This document shows, piece after piece, positions 43,187 to 53,036 of a stretch of 64,000 nucleotides of DNA. The stretch spans positions 70,193 through 134,192 of the forward strand of contig CAWEZO010000008.1 in NCBI GenBank assembly GCA_963813635.1. Reading direction: 5' to 3'. The notes below the pieces were generated by a model. The model did no database searches and was not told the origin of the DNA. It saw only the letters and a list, made by a program, of their open reading frames with translations. This stretch comes from an uncultured Actinomycetes bacterium. Lineage in GTDB: Bacteria > Actinomycetota > Acidimicrobiia > IMCC26256 > JBBRZM01. Within the stretch, counting starts at the first letter, position 1. The number at the start of each line of letters is the position of its first letter. Position numbers and translations under genes: made by a program.

Positions 43187-43675
43187 CTACTGGTGGTCAG
43201 GTACCGACAATTCTAGTGCGATTTGCCCCACACCGGTCCAGCCGGCCGGGGGAGGCGGGAACCGGCCCGGATCGAGGTCGCCGAGCGGCGCCAGCACGAA
43301 GGCCCGTTCGTGGAGCCGGGGGTGCGGCACCTCCAGGTCGGCCTCGTGCACCTCTTCGTCCCCGATCAGCAGGAGATCGACATCGAGGGTGCGCGGCCCC
43401 CATCGCTCGGTCCGCACCCGCTGCGCAACGGCTTCGAGGCGCTGGGCCAGCCCGAGCAGGTCACGGGCGCTCAGGGCGGTGTCGACCGCGACCACGGTGT
43501 TGAGGTAGTCGCCCTGCGCGGGTCCGCCGACGGGCGCCGTCTCGTAGACGGGCGCGACCGCGACGACCGTCACCCCCGGCTCGGCAGCCAGCCCGTCGAC
43601 GGCGCGCTGGAGGTGGACGGCGCGATCACCAAGGTTGGACCCGAGCCCGAGGTAGGCGCGCCGAACCGCGCTCAT
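43187..43675 (-). CDS. folK: 2-amino-4-hydroxy-6-hydroxymethyldihydropteridine diphosphokinase
   Basis: The sequence contains AYLGLGSNLGDR, RWGPRTLDVDLL and PHPRLHERAFVL. Confidence 0.9.
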   Translation of the reverse strand: MSAVRRAYLGLGSNLGDRAVHLQRAVDGLAAEPGVTVVAVAPVYETAPVGGPAQGDYLNTVVAVDTALSARDLLGLAQRLEAVAQRVRTERWGPRTLDVDLLLIGDEEVHEADLEVPHPRLHERAFVLAPLGDLDPGRFPPPPAGWTGVGQIALELSVPDHQ

Positions 43676-43676
43676 G

Positions 43677-44027
43677 TCACTGCTCGATACGCACGGCGAC
43701 GTGATCGAGCATTGCACGCACCGGGGGGTGCAGCTTGCGCACCGTGACGGTCACGCCTTTGACGCGCGGGTCGGCGCGACACACTTCCGCAATGCGCGTC
43801 GCGAGCCGTTCCAGCAACTGGTATCGCTCCGACTTCACGACCCGGCTCACCGCCTCCGCTACAGCCGAGTAGTCGACTGTGTCGTCGAGCCGGTCGCTCT
43901 CACCTGCGGCGCTGAGATCGACGCGCAGCTCGACGTCGACCTCGAACGGTTGCGGACGTGCCTGCTCCTCCGGCAACACCCCGTGGATGCCGAGCTCGCG
44001 CAGTCCGGCGATCGCGATCGTGTCCAT
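43677..44027 (-). CDS. folB: dihydroneopterin aldolase
   Basis: The product starts MDTIAIAGLRELGIHGVLPEEQARPQPFEVDVEL and also contains TVDYS. Confidence 0.9.
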   Translation of the reverse strand: MDTIAIAGLRELGIHGVLPEEQARPQPFEVDVELRVDLSAAGESDRLDDTVDYSAVAEAVSRVVKSERYQLLERLATRIAEVCRADPRVKGVTVTVRKLHPPVRAMLDHVAVRIEQ

Positions 44028-44077
44028 GTCGGAAGCCTACGCGTCACGAAGCAGGGACCCGACCGGCATCACGCCGT

Positions 44078-44593
44078 TCAGGTCGAGCGGACGATGTGCT
44101 CGTCAATGGTCAACGACACGAGCTCGCGCGCCTGTGACCCGAGCTGCCGCTTCGTGATCCGCTCCATGATCACAATCGCGTGTGGACCCTCGGTCACCGC
44201 GCCGGTGTAGAGGAGGTAACCGGTGAGCACGCCCAGGATCTTGTCGCCGAACTCCTCGTGGTGCACCAGCACCTTTTCCTCGGGATCGTCGAGCCAGCCC
44301 GCGATGGTCTTGTAGATCAACGCGAGCCGTTCCGCCAACTCGTCGTGACGGCCGAGCGGGATGTGCTCGTATGCGAGCCCGGCTTCCTCGTAGGCGTGCA
44401 GGTTGTGCGGCGAGTCGAGCAGCGACAGCACGTGCGTAAAGCCGTGACCGGCAAGCCAGATGAGCTCCTCGTGACGGCGAACCTTGCGATGGTTGCGGGC
44501 GAAGCCACCGGGTCGCTCCGATGCGCTCAGGCGGTCCTGAATGATCCAGCAGAAGTTGCGGGGCTCGAGGCCCTGAGCCCATCGCCCTCTCAT
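44078..44593 (-). CDS. dual-specificity-phosphatase-fold protein lacking the catalytic Cys and Arg
   Basis: The layout resembles DSPs (NFCWII..RLSASERPGG, GFTHVLSLLD, YEHIPLGRHD). The P-loop position, however, reads VLVHHEEFGDKILGV instead of HCxxGxxR. The ATG overlaps the folP stop as ATGA. Confidence 0.55.
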   Translation of the reverse strand: MRGRWAQGLEPRNFCWIIQDRLSASERPGGFARNHRKVRRHEELIWLAGHGFTHVLSLLDSPHNLHAYEEAGLAYEHIPLGRHDELAERLALIYKTIAGWLDDPEEKVLVHHEEFGDKILGVLTGYLLYTGAVTEGPHAIVIMERITKRQLGSQARELVSLTIDEHIVRST

Positions 44594-45444
44594 GCCGCGG
44601 CTTCCTCGGCCCGGCGCATGACGTCGAGCAGCCGTACCGCGCGTGCCGCGCTGCGCGCGTCGTGGACGCGCACCACGGAAGCTCCTCGGTCGAGCGCCCA
44701 CACAACGGTCGCCAGCGTGCCCTCCTCGCGTGCACCCGGCTCCGGCGGCTCACCGCCGGCCGCAAGCACGCGCGCGATGAATCCCTTCCGCGACGGACCG
44801 ACGAGCAGCCGCACGTCGAGCAGCGCGACCAGCTCGTCGAGCCGTGCGAGCAATTCCAAGTTGTGCGCGACCGACTTGCCGAACCCGAGACCCGGATCCG
44901 CGATCAACGACTCGCTCGCGATCCCCGCGTCACGCGCGACTGCGAGCCGCTCGACGAGGAACCGGCCCACGTCGACGACGACGTCGTCATAACGAGGGTC
45001 CTGTTGCATCGTTCGGGGCTCGCCCAGCATGTGCATGGCGACGTAGCCCGCCCCCGAGCCGCCGCTGACGCTGAGGATTTCGGGATCGAAACGGCCGGCC
45101 GAGACATCGTTGACAATCGACGCGCCGGCCTCGAGCGCGGCCGCGGCGACCGCGGCCTTCGTCGTGTCGATGCTCACCGGCACGTCGGTCTCGGCCACGA
45201 GCCCGTTGATCACGGGAATCACCCTTTGCAGCTCCTCGGCCTCGCTCACCGGCTCGGCGCCGGGACGGGTCGACTCGCCGCCGACGTCGAGGAGGTCGGC
45301 ACCGTCGGCCACCAGTTCGAGGCCGTGCCAGATCGCGGCGTCCGCGTCGAGCCAGCGGCCACCGTCAGAGAACGAGTCGGGGGTGACGTTGACGATCCCC
45401 ATGACCGCCGGCCGTCCACGACACACGTCCACCCACTGGAACAT
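44590..45444 (-). CDS. folP: dihydropteroate synthase
   Basis: The sequence contains MGIVNVTPDSFSDGG, DVGGESTRPG, SIDT, DPGLGFGK and VRVHD. Only the last 284 aa of ORF 44590-46266 belong to this gene. Confidence 0.92.
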   Translation of the reverse strand: MFQWVDVCRGRPAVMGIVNVTPDSFSDGGRWLDADAAIWHGLELVADGADLLDVGGESTRPGAEPVSEAEELQRVIPVINGLVAETDVPVSIDTTKAAVAAAALEAGASIVNDVSAGRFDPEILSVSGGSGAGYVAMHMLGEPRTMQQDPRYDDVVVDVGRFLVERLAVARDAGIASESLIADPGLGFGKSVAHNLELLARLDELVALLDVRLLVGPSRKGFIARVLAAGGEPPEPGAREEGTLATVVWALDRGASVVRVHDARSAARAVRLLDVMRRAEEAAA

Positions 45445-45554
45445 CGGTCGCAGCGTACCGGCGCAGAAACGGGAAGACGGCCGGCTGGGAACCGTTTCTC
45501 GGATCGATTTTGGCACCGATGCGACCCGATCGCAGCCGCCGGCAAGAACGAGTG

Positions 45555-46181
45555 TCAGAAACGAGCGGCCGTCTGGCCGATGAAGCTCATCGCCTCGGCC
45601 CGGGTGGCGGGGTTGTCCTTGAACAGCCCGCGCACGGCTGACGTGACCGTGATCGATCCCGGCTTTCGGACCCCGCGCATCGACATGCACAGGTGCTCGG
45701 CCTCGACGACCACGAACACGCCCGACGGCTCGAGCGCCTTGACGAGCGCGTCGGCGATCTGGGTGGTCAGGCGTTCCTGCACCTGGGGCCGATGCGAGAA
45801 ACCGTCGACGAGCCGGGCGAGCTTGGAGAGGCCGGTGATGCGGCCGTCGGCGCCGGGAATGTACGCCACGTGCGCGCGGCCGTAGAACGGGATGAGGTGG
45901 TGCTCGCACAAGCTCGCGAGCGGGATGTCGCGCACCATCACCATCTCGTCGTGGTCGGCCTCGAACATCACGGTGAGATGCCGCGCCGGGTCGTCGTGCA
46001 GGCCGGCAAACAGCTCCTTGTACATCTCCGCGATCCGTTGCGGTGTGCGGGCGAGGCCGTCGCGCTCGGGATCCTCGCCGATCGCCTCGATGATCTCGCG
46101 CACGGCGCGCTCGATGCGCGGCTTGTCGACGGACGTGTGCTCGGACTCGGGTTCGGGCAGGAGATGGACAGGATCGCTCAT
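45555..46181 (-). CDS. folE: GTP cyclohydrolase I
   Basis: The sequence contains [23 protein letters not shown] and [12 protein letters not shown]. Confidence 0.95.
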   Translation of the reverse strand: MSDPVHLLPEPESEHTSVDKPRIERAVREIIEAIGEDPERDGLARTPQRIAEMYKELFAGLHDDPARHLTVMFEADHDEMVMVRDIPLASLCEHHLIPFYGRAHVAYIPGADGRITGLSKLARLVDGFSHRPQVQERLTTQIADALVKALEPSGVFVVVEAEHLCMSMRGVRKPGSITVTSAVRGLFKDNPATRAEAMSFIGQTAARF

Positions 46182-48071
46182 TGTGGCGGCCGTCGTGCCG
46201 GCGGGATGTCGCTGCTGGCGACAGCTGAAGGACGGCCGGCACCATCGGCGTCGAGATCGGATGCATGGGGCTTGACCGTCTCGAAGATGCGCATCACCTG
46301 CTCGGCTTCGAGCGTCTCGTGCTCCACCAGGTCGGCCGCGAGCCGATCGAGCACCGCCCGGTTGGTCTCGAGCACATCGCGCGCGACGTCGTGTGCCGAC
46401 TCGATGAGCCCTCGGATCTCGGCGTCGATATGCGACGCGACGCCGTCGGAGTAATCGGGTGTGGATGTGAAGTCGCGACCGAGGAACACCTCGCCGGAAG
46501 TGTGGCCGAAGCGCATCGGGCCGAGCTCGTCGCTCATCCCGTACTCGGTGACCATCTGCCGCGCGATCGTGGTGGCACGCTCGATGTCGTTCTGCGCACC
46601 GGTCGTGCTGTCGGCGAAGATCAGCTCCTCCGCGGTACGGCCCCCGAGCAGCATTGCGAGCTCGTCGGTGAGCTCGCTGCGCGTGACGAGGAACTTGTCT
46701 TCGATCGGCAGCGTGAGCGTGTAGCCGAGCGCCCGCCCCCGCGGGATGATCGACACCTTGTGCACAGGGTCGGTGTTGGGCAGCGCATGCGCGACGAGCG
46801 CATGACCGCCCTCGTGGTACGCGATCACGCGCTTCTCACGATCGGAGATCAGCCGGCTCTTGCGCTCGGGACCGGCCATCACCCTGTCGATCGACTCCTC
46901 GAGCTGTGGCATCCCGATGAGCTTCAGGTCGAAGCGCGCGGCGAGCAGCGCGGACTCGTTCATCAGGTTGGCGAGGTCGGCACCGGTGAACCCCGACGTG
47001 CGGCGCGCGATCACGTCGAGATCGACGCCCGGAGCGAGCGGCTTGCTCCTCGCGTGCACACGCAGGATCGCCTTGCGGCCCTCGAGGTCGGGCCGGTCGA
47101 CCACGATCTGGCGGTCGAAACGTCCGGGACGCAGCAGCGCCGGGTCGAGAATGTCGGGGCGGTTGGTCGACGCGAGGAGGATCACGCCGGTCTTGACGTC
47201 GAAGCCGTCCATCTCCACCAGGAGCTGGTTGAGCGTCTGCTCGCGTTCGTCGTGGCCACCGCCGAGACCCGCGCCACGATGCCGGCCCACCGCGTCGATC
47301 TCGTCGATGAAGATGATGGCGGGCGCCGCCGCCTTCGCCTGCTCGAACAGATCGCGGACGCGCGACGCGCCCACACCGACGAACATCTCGACGAAGTCGG
47401 ACCCGCTGATCGAGAAGAACGGCACGCCGGCCTCGCCGGCAACGGCCTTGGCGAGCAGCGTCTTGCCGGTGCCGGGCGGCCCGAAGAGCAGCACGCCTTT
47501 CGGGATCTTCGCTCCCATCTCGTGGAACTTGGCCGGCGACGCGAGGAACTCCTTGATCTCCTCGAGCTCCTCGACCGCTTCGTCGAGACCGGCGACGTCG
47601 CTGAACCCGACCTTCGGTTGGTCCTTGGTGACGAGCTTCGCTTTCGACTTGCCGAAGCTCATCACCCGGTTGCCGCCGCCCTGCATCTGGTTGAGCAGGA
47701 AGAAGAGGAATCCGCCGATCAGCAGGAACGGCAGGAGGCTGATGATGAGGCCCCACCACGGGTTGTCCTTCTGGCTGTTGACCTCGAACTTCTTGACCTT
47801 GGCGTCAACGACCTGCTGCGTGATCCGCTCGGTGTAGCCGTCGGGGTACTTCACGACATAGGTCGTGCCGCCGCGCGAACTCGCCTTTGATCTCGTGGCT
47901 CTTGTCGTAGAGAGTGGCCTGGGTGACGTGACGCTTCTTCAGCTCGCTCTGGAACTGGTTGAGCGTGAACTGCTTGCGGTCGTTGCCCCCACCGACCAGC
48001 TGGAGCACGACGAAGACCGCGATGACAGCCACCAGGAGGTAGAGAAGGGAACTGCGCCGGAACTTTCTCAC
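46178..48071 (-). CDS. ftsH: ATP-dependent zinc metalloprotease FtsH, single-base frameshift near 47875
   Basis: The N-terminal TM piece ([25 protein letters not shown]...KGEF) lies in ORF 47805-48071. The rest ([13 protein letters not shown]..., [15 protein letters not shown]) lies in ORF 46178-47854. Removing one C restores the frame. Confidence 0.92.
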
Positions 48072-48153
48072 GGGCTCCTCGGGATTCTGCGCGTCGCACG
48101 AGCCGGCGGGACGGCGGGGTCGTCCATCCTACCGCGCCCTTCCCGCTGCCCGG

Positions 48154-48699
48154 TCAGGCGGGCTCGGATCCTCGATACTCCGCGACATACGGCAGGTTGC
48201 GGTAGCGCTCGGCTGCGTCGAGGCCGTAGCCCACCACGAACGCCGGCGGGATCCGGAAACCGACATATCGAAGCTCGGGATCGACCTTCTGCAAGCCCTC
48301 TTTGACGAGGAGCGCGCAGACTTCGAGCGAGGCCGGGTGGCGCGCCGCAAGGTTCTTGCGCAGGTACGCGAGCGTGAGTCCCGAGTCGACGATGTCTTCG
48401 ACGATCACGACGTGCCGGCCGGTGAGATCGAGGTCGAGGTCCTTCAGGATTCGCACCACGCCGCTCGTGCGGGTGGCCGACCCGTACGACGACACCGCCA
48501 TGAAGTCGAACTCGACCGGCAGGTCGATCGCGCGCGACAGGTCGCTCATGAACATGAACGCGCCCTTGAGCACCCCGACGAGCAGTGGCGGCCGGCCGGC
48601 GTAGTCGGACGTGAGCTCCTTGCCGAGCTCCCCGATCCGCTGCTGGAGCTCTTCGGCGTCGACCACGATGCGGCCGATGTCGCGCTCGGCGTCCTTCAC
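48154..48699 (-). CDS. hpt: hypoxanthine phosphoribosyltransferase
   Basis: The PRPP motif is VVIVEDIVDSGLT, and FVVGYGLD is present. I chose the GTG at 48697-48699 as the start. Confidence 0.88.
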   Translation of the reverse strand: MKDAERDIGRIVVDAEELQQRIGELGKELTSDYAGRPPLLVGVLKGAFMFMSDLSRAIDLPVEFDFMAVSSYGSATRTSGVVRILKDLDLDLTGRHVVIVEDIVDSGLTLAYLRKNLAARHPASLEVCALLVKEGLQKVDPELRYVGFRIPPAFVVGYGLDAAERYRNLPYVAEYRGSEPA

Positions 48700-48712
48700 G
48701 GCTGCCTGCCCT

Positions 48713-49964
48713 TCATGACGCGGCCCGATCGACGCGAATCCAGAGGAAATGGCGAGTCGCCGCCCGGACCCGCACGCGACCATCGACACGGTAGCCCAGC
48801 CTCCAAATCGACTCTCCGGTGCGCGGGACCGACAGCTGCGGCGCGCCGCCGTCGTCGACTGCAAGGCTCGCTTCGCGGCCCGCGCGCTCGGCGTCGATCA
48901 CACAGGTCCAGCGGCCGTCCGGCCACGACACCGGTGCTTCACGTTCCACCCACGACTCGATGACGAAGCCCGCGGCGGCGGTACAACCGGGAAGCGGCAC
49001 CACGACGTCGTCGGCGCGTCCGTGAGCCGCCGCACTCGGGCTGACCTCCTCGCGAACCAGTAGTCCGGCATGCCGGGCGACGCGACGTCCGCCCGCGAGG
49101 TCGACGGCACGCCGTTGACCTCGCGCGACCGCAAGCACGGTGTCGATCTCATCGAGTGAGGGGGGTGGGTACCCGAGCCAGACCCGAACCGCGCGGCGCG
49201 CCAACGCGAGCGGGAGGCCGGCGAGATCTCGTGCCCGTGCCGCACCCGCGACCGGCCACGCTGCGGCACCGAGCTCGTCGAGCAGCTCGCTTTCGGAGCG
49301 CAGCACGTCGCTCTGGCGCGCGAGCACCGTGCTGAGATCGCGTCCGGCTGCCCGCTCGAGACTGGGAATGACCTCCCGCCGCAGCCATACTCGCCGAAAA
49401 GCGAGATCGTCGTTCATCGGATCGTGCACCGGGGCGAGCCCGAGCCGGGCACACAGCTCGACCGTGTCGGCGTGACGCAGGCCGAGCAGTGGCCGGACGA
49501 GCGAACCCCGGCGCGCGGCCATGCCGCCGAGCCCGGCGCGTCCGCTCCCTCGTAACAGATTGAGCAGCACGGTCTCGGCCTGGTCATCGGTCGTGTGCCC
49601 GACGAGCACGGCCGACGCGCCCGACCGTCTTCGCACCTCCTCGAGCGCGGCATACCGCGCGTCGCGGGCGCGCGCCTCGAGATTCGGACCAGGATCGACG
49701 TTGACCCGCACGCGGTCGAACACGCGCGCCGAGCGCCTCGGCAGCACTGGCGACGCGCGCGGCTTCGCCCGCGCTGTCGATTCGCAGACCGTGATCGACG
49801 TGCACGGCGACGGGGGCCAGCCCCGCATCGAGCGCCACCGCGAGGGTCGCGAGCGAATCGGCACCGCCCGAGCAGCCCACGACCACGGGAGCGACGACGT
49901 CATCGAGACCGACAAGGCACGCGCGCCACGGAGCGACCGCGCGCCCGATGCGGGTGACGACCAT
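48713..49964 (-). CDS. tilS: tRNA(Ile)-lysidine synthase, single-base frameshift near 49727
   Basis: The PP-loop VGCSGGADS lies in ORF 49584-49964. It continues as VFDRVRVNVDPGPNLEARARDARY...HTTDDQAETVLLNLLRG in ORF 48713-49915. Confidence 0.8.
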
Positions 49965-49966
49965 GT

Positions 49967-50747
49967 TCAGGGGCGCGGTTCGGGCCGGCGGTCGAGCAAC
50001 GCGCCCTGACGCACCAGCGCGAGGAGCTCGTTGCTGCCTTGCAACCCGAGCTTGCGACCGATGCGCCGCAAGCTCGCGTAGATGTTGCTGCGGCTCATCC
50101 CGAGATCCGTCGCGACGTTGGTAACCGGAGCACCGTCGGCGAGCGCCTCGAGCAGCTGCCGTTGCTTGGGTGTGAGCTCGGACAGCTTGTCGCGCGCCTG
50201 GCGGAGACGCGGCGGCGGGGCCGGCAATGACGGCACGTGCTCCAGCCGCGTGAGTCGCACCCGGGGTTCCTCACCGCTGTCGGCGACGTCCTCGTCACCG
50301 GTGCGCTCGTACCGAGCCAGCGCCTCGAGCGAATCGCGCTGCACCTGGCGGCGCAGCTCCTGCTCGGGCGGACCGTCCGGGTCGAGCACCTTCTCGAGCA
50401 CCCGCACGAGATCGGCGGGATCGAACGGCTTGGTGATGTAGTGGAGCGCGCCCTCGATGCCGCCGCGGATGCGGTGCTCGGTCTCGGTGACCGCGCTCGA
50501 CCATCACCACGGGGATGTGCGAGAGGTCGTAGTCGGCGCCGGCTTTGAGCTCCTCGAGCACGCTGAACCCGTCGACGCCGGGCATCATGACATCGAGGAA
50601 CATGGCGTCGGGTACCTCGTCGTGCACGAGTTGGAGTGCCTCGGAGCCGTTGGCCGCTGTGACAACGAGGTAGCCCGCGGCCTCGAGATTGATCTGGATG
50701 AGCTCTCGGATATCGGGCTCGTCGTCGACGACGAGGACCGTTTGCAT
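49967..50747 (-). CDS. response regulator: receiver domain, long acidic/Pro-rich linker, LuxR-type HTH; single-base frameshift near 50498
   Basis: The REC domain (MQTVLVVDDEPDIRELI...DVMMPGVDGF...VVMV) lies in ORF 50295-50747. It joins SAVTETEHRIRGGIEGALHYITKPFD and the HTH LTPKQRQLLEALADGAPVTNVATDLGMSRSNIYASLRRIGRKLG in ORF 49967-50407. Confidence 0.8.
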
Positions 50748-50757
50748 GGCTGCCAGG

Positions 50758-51856
50758 TTACCGAGCGCTCCCGGTAGCTGCGGCGGGCATGCCGACGCGG
50801 GACAGCCACGCTGCCGGCTGGGCGAGCTCGGTCATCGTGGGAAGCGACTCAGGGCCGCGCCACGCTGCGTCGACGGCGTGCGGCCCGGCTTCGCGCTCGA
50901 TCGCGGCAATGAACGCCTCGCCGACCTCGTACTGACGCATCTTCGACTCGAGGCCGAGCAGCTTGTGCAACAGCCCGGTGATGCCCCGCGCCTGCCGTCG
51001 TGCGCTGAGGACGCGCGCCATGCGCTCCTGACCGCGGACGTGCTCGCGCCCGAGCTCGTTCATCACACGATTGCCATGGCCTTCGAGCAACGACATGAGC
51101 GCCTGAACCTGCGACAGCACGCCACGCTGCTCCGGCGACGCGAGCAAGGCGACCAGACCACCTTCGTCGAGCGGGTTACGGCCATTACGCATCTCGTCGA
51201 CCACGCGGCATCAGCGCCTGGAGCACGCGCCTGGGATCAGGATCGACAATAGTGAGCGCTTGGTCGACGAGAGACAGGAAGTAGCCCTTCATCCAGGGCA
51301 CGCCTGTGAACTGCGCCCTGTGCGTGACCTCGTGGATCGCGATCCAACGGCGGAACTCACGCGGCGGGAACGCGAAGCGCTTCTCGAGCTCGAGCACGTT
51401 GGCGCCGACGTAATAGACCGCGTCGGCGTTGAGCGTGCCTGTGCCGTCGGTGGGTACGAGGAGGTCGTACTGGCCGAGCACGCGTTGCGACAGGTAGCCG
51501 AGCAGCACGCCCATCTCGGTGCCGGCGACCGCGCGCCCCACGCCTGCGACCGGACTGCGCCCCATGCGTTCGCCCATACGGCGGGTCAGCGGCGCGAGCA
51601 TCCGTCGCATCGAGGCCACGTTGGCCTCGACCCAGCCGGCCCGATCCAGCACCGCGGCCGTTGCTGCACTCGGCGAGCGCAAGCCGGTGAAATCAGCGAC
51701 GAGTGCTTCGGCTTCAACGGTGACCGCATGGAAGTCGGGTTGCAACGACTCGCCGAGGTAGGAGTTTGCGAGCGGGGCGCGTCCGGAGAAACGGCGAGCG
51801 ACGCGTTCGGCCAGCGCCCAGTCGACCGGTTCCTGTGCGGGGCCGGTGTCGGTCAT
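50758..51856 (-). CDS. zinc-dependent metalloprotease, DUF2342 family (Rv3626c-type), single-base frameshift near 51202
   Basis: The HExxH-like motif AIHEVTHRAQF lies in ORF 51185-51973. The C-terminal half (VVDEMRNGRNPLDEGGL...) lies in ORF 50758-51204. The gene sits next to tilS and hpt, as in mycobacteria. Confidence 0.7.
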
Positions 51857-51861
51857 CGTCG

Positions 51862-52068
51862 TTACCGGCCCCGGTACTTGGGGATCACGACTTTGACGCA
51901 GTAGCCGACGGCGAGCGCGAGGAGGGAGAGCACGCCCAGGAGCGCGAGCAGCGGCGCGATCCAAAAGAACCACTTGTGCTCTTCCTTGTAGTGCGTGGCG
52001 GCAGCCGCCGGCGCTGCGGTGAGGACGAGCGCCACCATCGACAGCAGTGCGACACGGATGGTCTTCAC
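51862..52068 (-). CDS. small exported/membrane protein (68 aa)
   Basis: The GTG at 52066-52068 is preceded by GGAGGGAACGAGG. The product has a signal-like VKTIRVALLSMVALVLTAAPAAAA and a TM segment WFFWIAPLLALLGVLSLLALAVGY. Confidence 0.45.
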   Translation of the reverse strand: MKTIRVALLSMVALVLTAAPAAAATHYKEEHKWFFWIAPLLALLGVLSLLALAVGYCVKVVIPKYRGR

Positions 52069-52153
52069 CCTCGTTCCCTCCGAGACGTGACGGCGACGGA
52101 AGGAATCATCGTAGAGCGGGCTCGGAGCGCGGAGCGGGTCGGGATGGACCGGC

Positions 52154-52384
52154 TCACTCGGCGAGCGGCTCACCCAGCGCCTCGGCGATGCGGCGCTTCA
52201 GATCGGGGGGCACTTCGTCGCGACACTTGGAGGCGATCACCTGGCGGAGCTCGATCTCGAAATCGAAGCCGTGCGCACACGGCGGACACTCGTCGAGATG
52301 GCGGGTGATCTGCTGTCGTCGCCAGAAGGTGAGCTCGCCGTCGAGATAGAAGTAGATCTGATGGATCGTCTCTTCGCAGTCCAT
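52154..52384 (-). CDS. rsrA: zinc-associated anti-sigma factor (RsrA/RshA-type)
   Basis: The product is 76 aa and carries HLDECPPC, the HxxxCxxC motif, plus an N-terminal Cys. It lies directly downstream of the ECF sigma gene. Confidence 0.8.
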   Translation of the reverse strand: MDCEETIHQIYFYLDGELTFWRRQQITRHLDECPPCAHGFDFEIELRQVIASKCRDEVPPDLKRRIAEALGEPLAE

Positions 52385-52393
52385 CCCGGTGTC

Positions 52394-52987
52394 CTATCCC
52401 CCCGCTCCGGCGGCTCCGGTCGCAGCCTTCGGCAGCAACCCGCGTTCCCCGGCAAAGTTCCACAACCGCTTCTGCAGCTGCTTTCTTCCGCGATGCAGCC
52501 GGCTCATGACCGTACCGATGGGGACGTCCATGATCTCGGCGATCTCCTTATAGGAGAAACCTTCGACATCGGCGAGCAGCACGGCCATCCGGAACTGCTC
52601 GGGGAGGTCTTCCAGGGCTTCCTTCACGATCGACTCGGGAATCTGGTCGAGCACGATGTTCTCGGGTGTCTGATCGGCATCGACCGCCTCGAGGCCACCG
52701 AGTCGCTTATAGAGGTAGAAGTCTTCGACGTCATCGAGCTCGGTCTGCTCCGGACGGCGCTTCTTCGCCCGGTAGGTGTTGATGAACGTGTTGGTGAGGA
52801 TCTTGTAGAGCCACGCCTTCAAGTTGGTGCCGTCCTTGAAGCCACCGAAGCCGCGGTATGCGCGGAGATACGTCTCCTGCACGAGATCCTCGGCGTCGGA
52901 CGGGTTGCGCGTCATGCGCAGCGCGGCGGAGTAGAGCGCCGACATGTACGGCATCGCGAGCTCAGCGAAGCGCGCTTGATCGGCCAT
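52394..52987 (-). CDS. sigH: ECF sigma factor, SigH/SigR type
   Basis: Region 2 reads [17 protein letters not shown] and region 4 reads [28 protein letters not shown]. The gene is paired with the ZAS anti-sigma gene. Confidence 0.85.
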   Translation of the reverse strand: MADQARFAELAMPYMSALYSAALRMTRNPSDAEDLVQETYLRAYRGFGGFKDGTNLKAWLYKILTNTFINTYRAKKRRPEQTELDDVEDFYLYKRLGGLEAVDADQTPENIVLDQIPESIVKEALEDLPEQFRMAVLLADVEGFSYKEIAEIMDVPIGTVMSRLHRGRKQLQKRLWNFAGERGLLPKAATGAAGAGG

Positions 52988-53036
52988 GGCGCAACTGTAC
53001 CCATCACGCCGCTCGCAACTCTGCGCGAACCGAGCC

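Noticed and set aside
52988-53036. Search for a SigH/SigR-type autoregulated promoter (GGAAT-N16-18-GTT) upstream of sigH.
   Set aside because: The 49-nt gap contains GTT triplets but no convincing GGAA(T/C) at the right spacing. The promoter may lie inside the upstream dehydrogenase gene, so I make no call.
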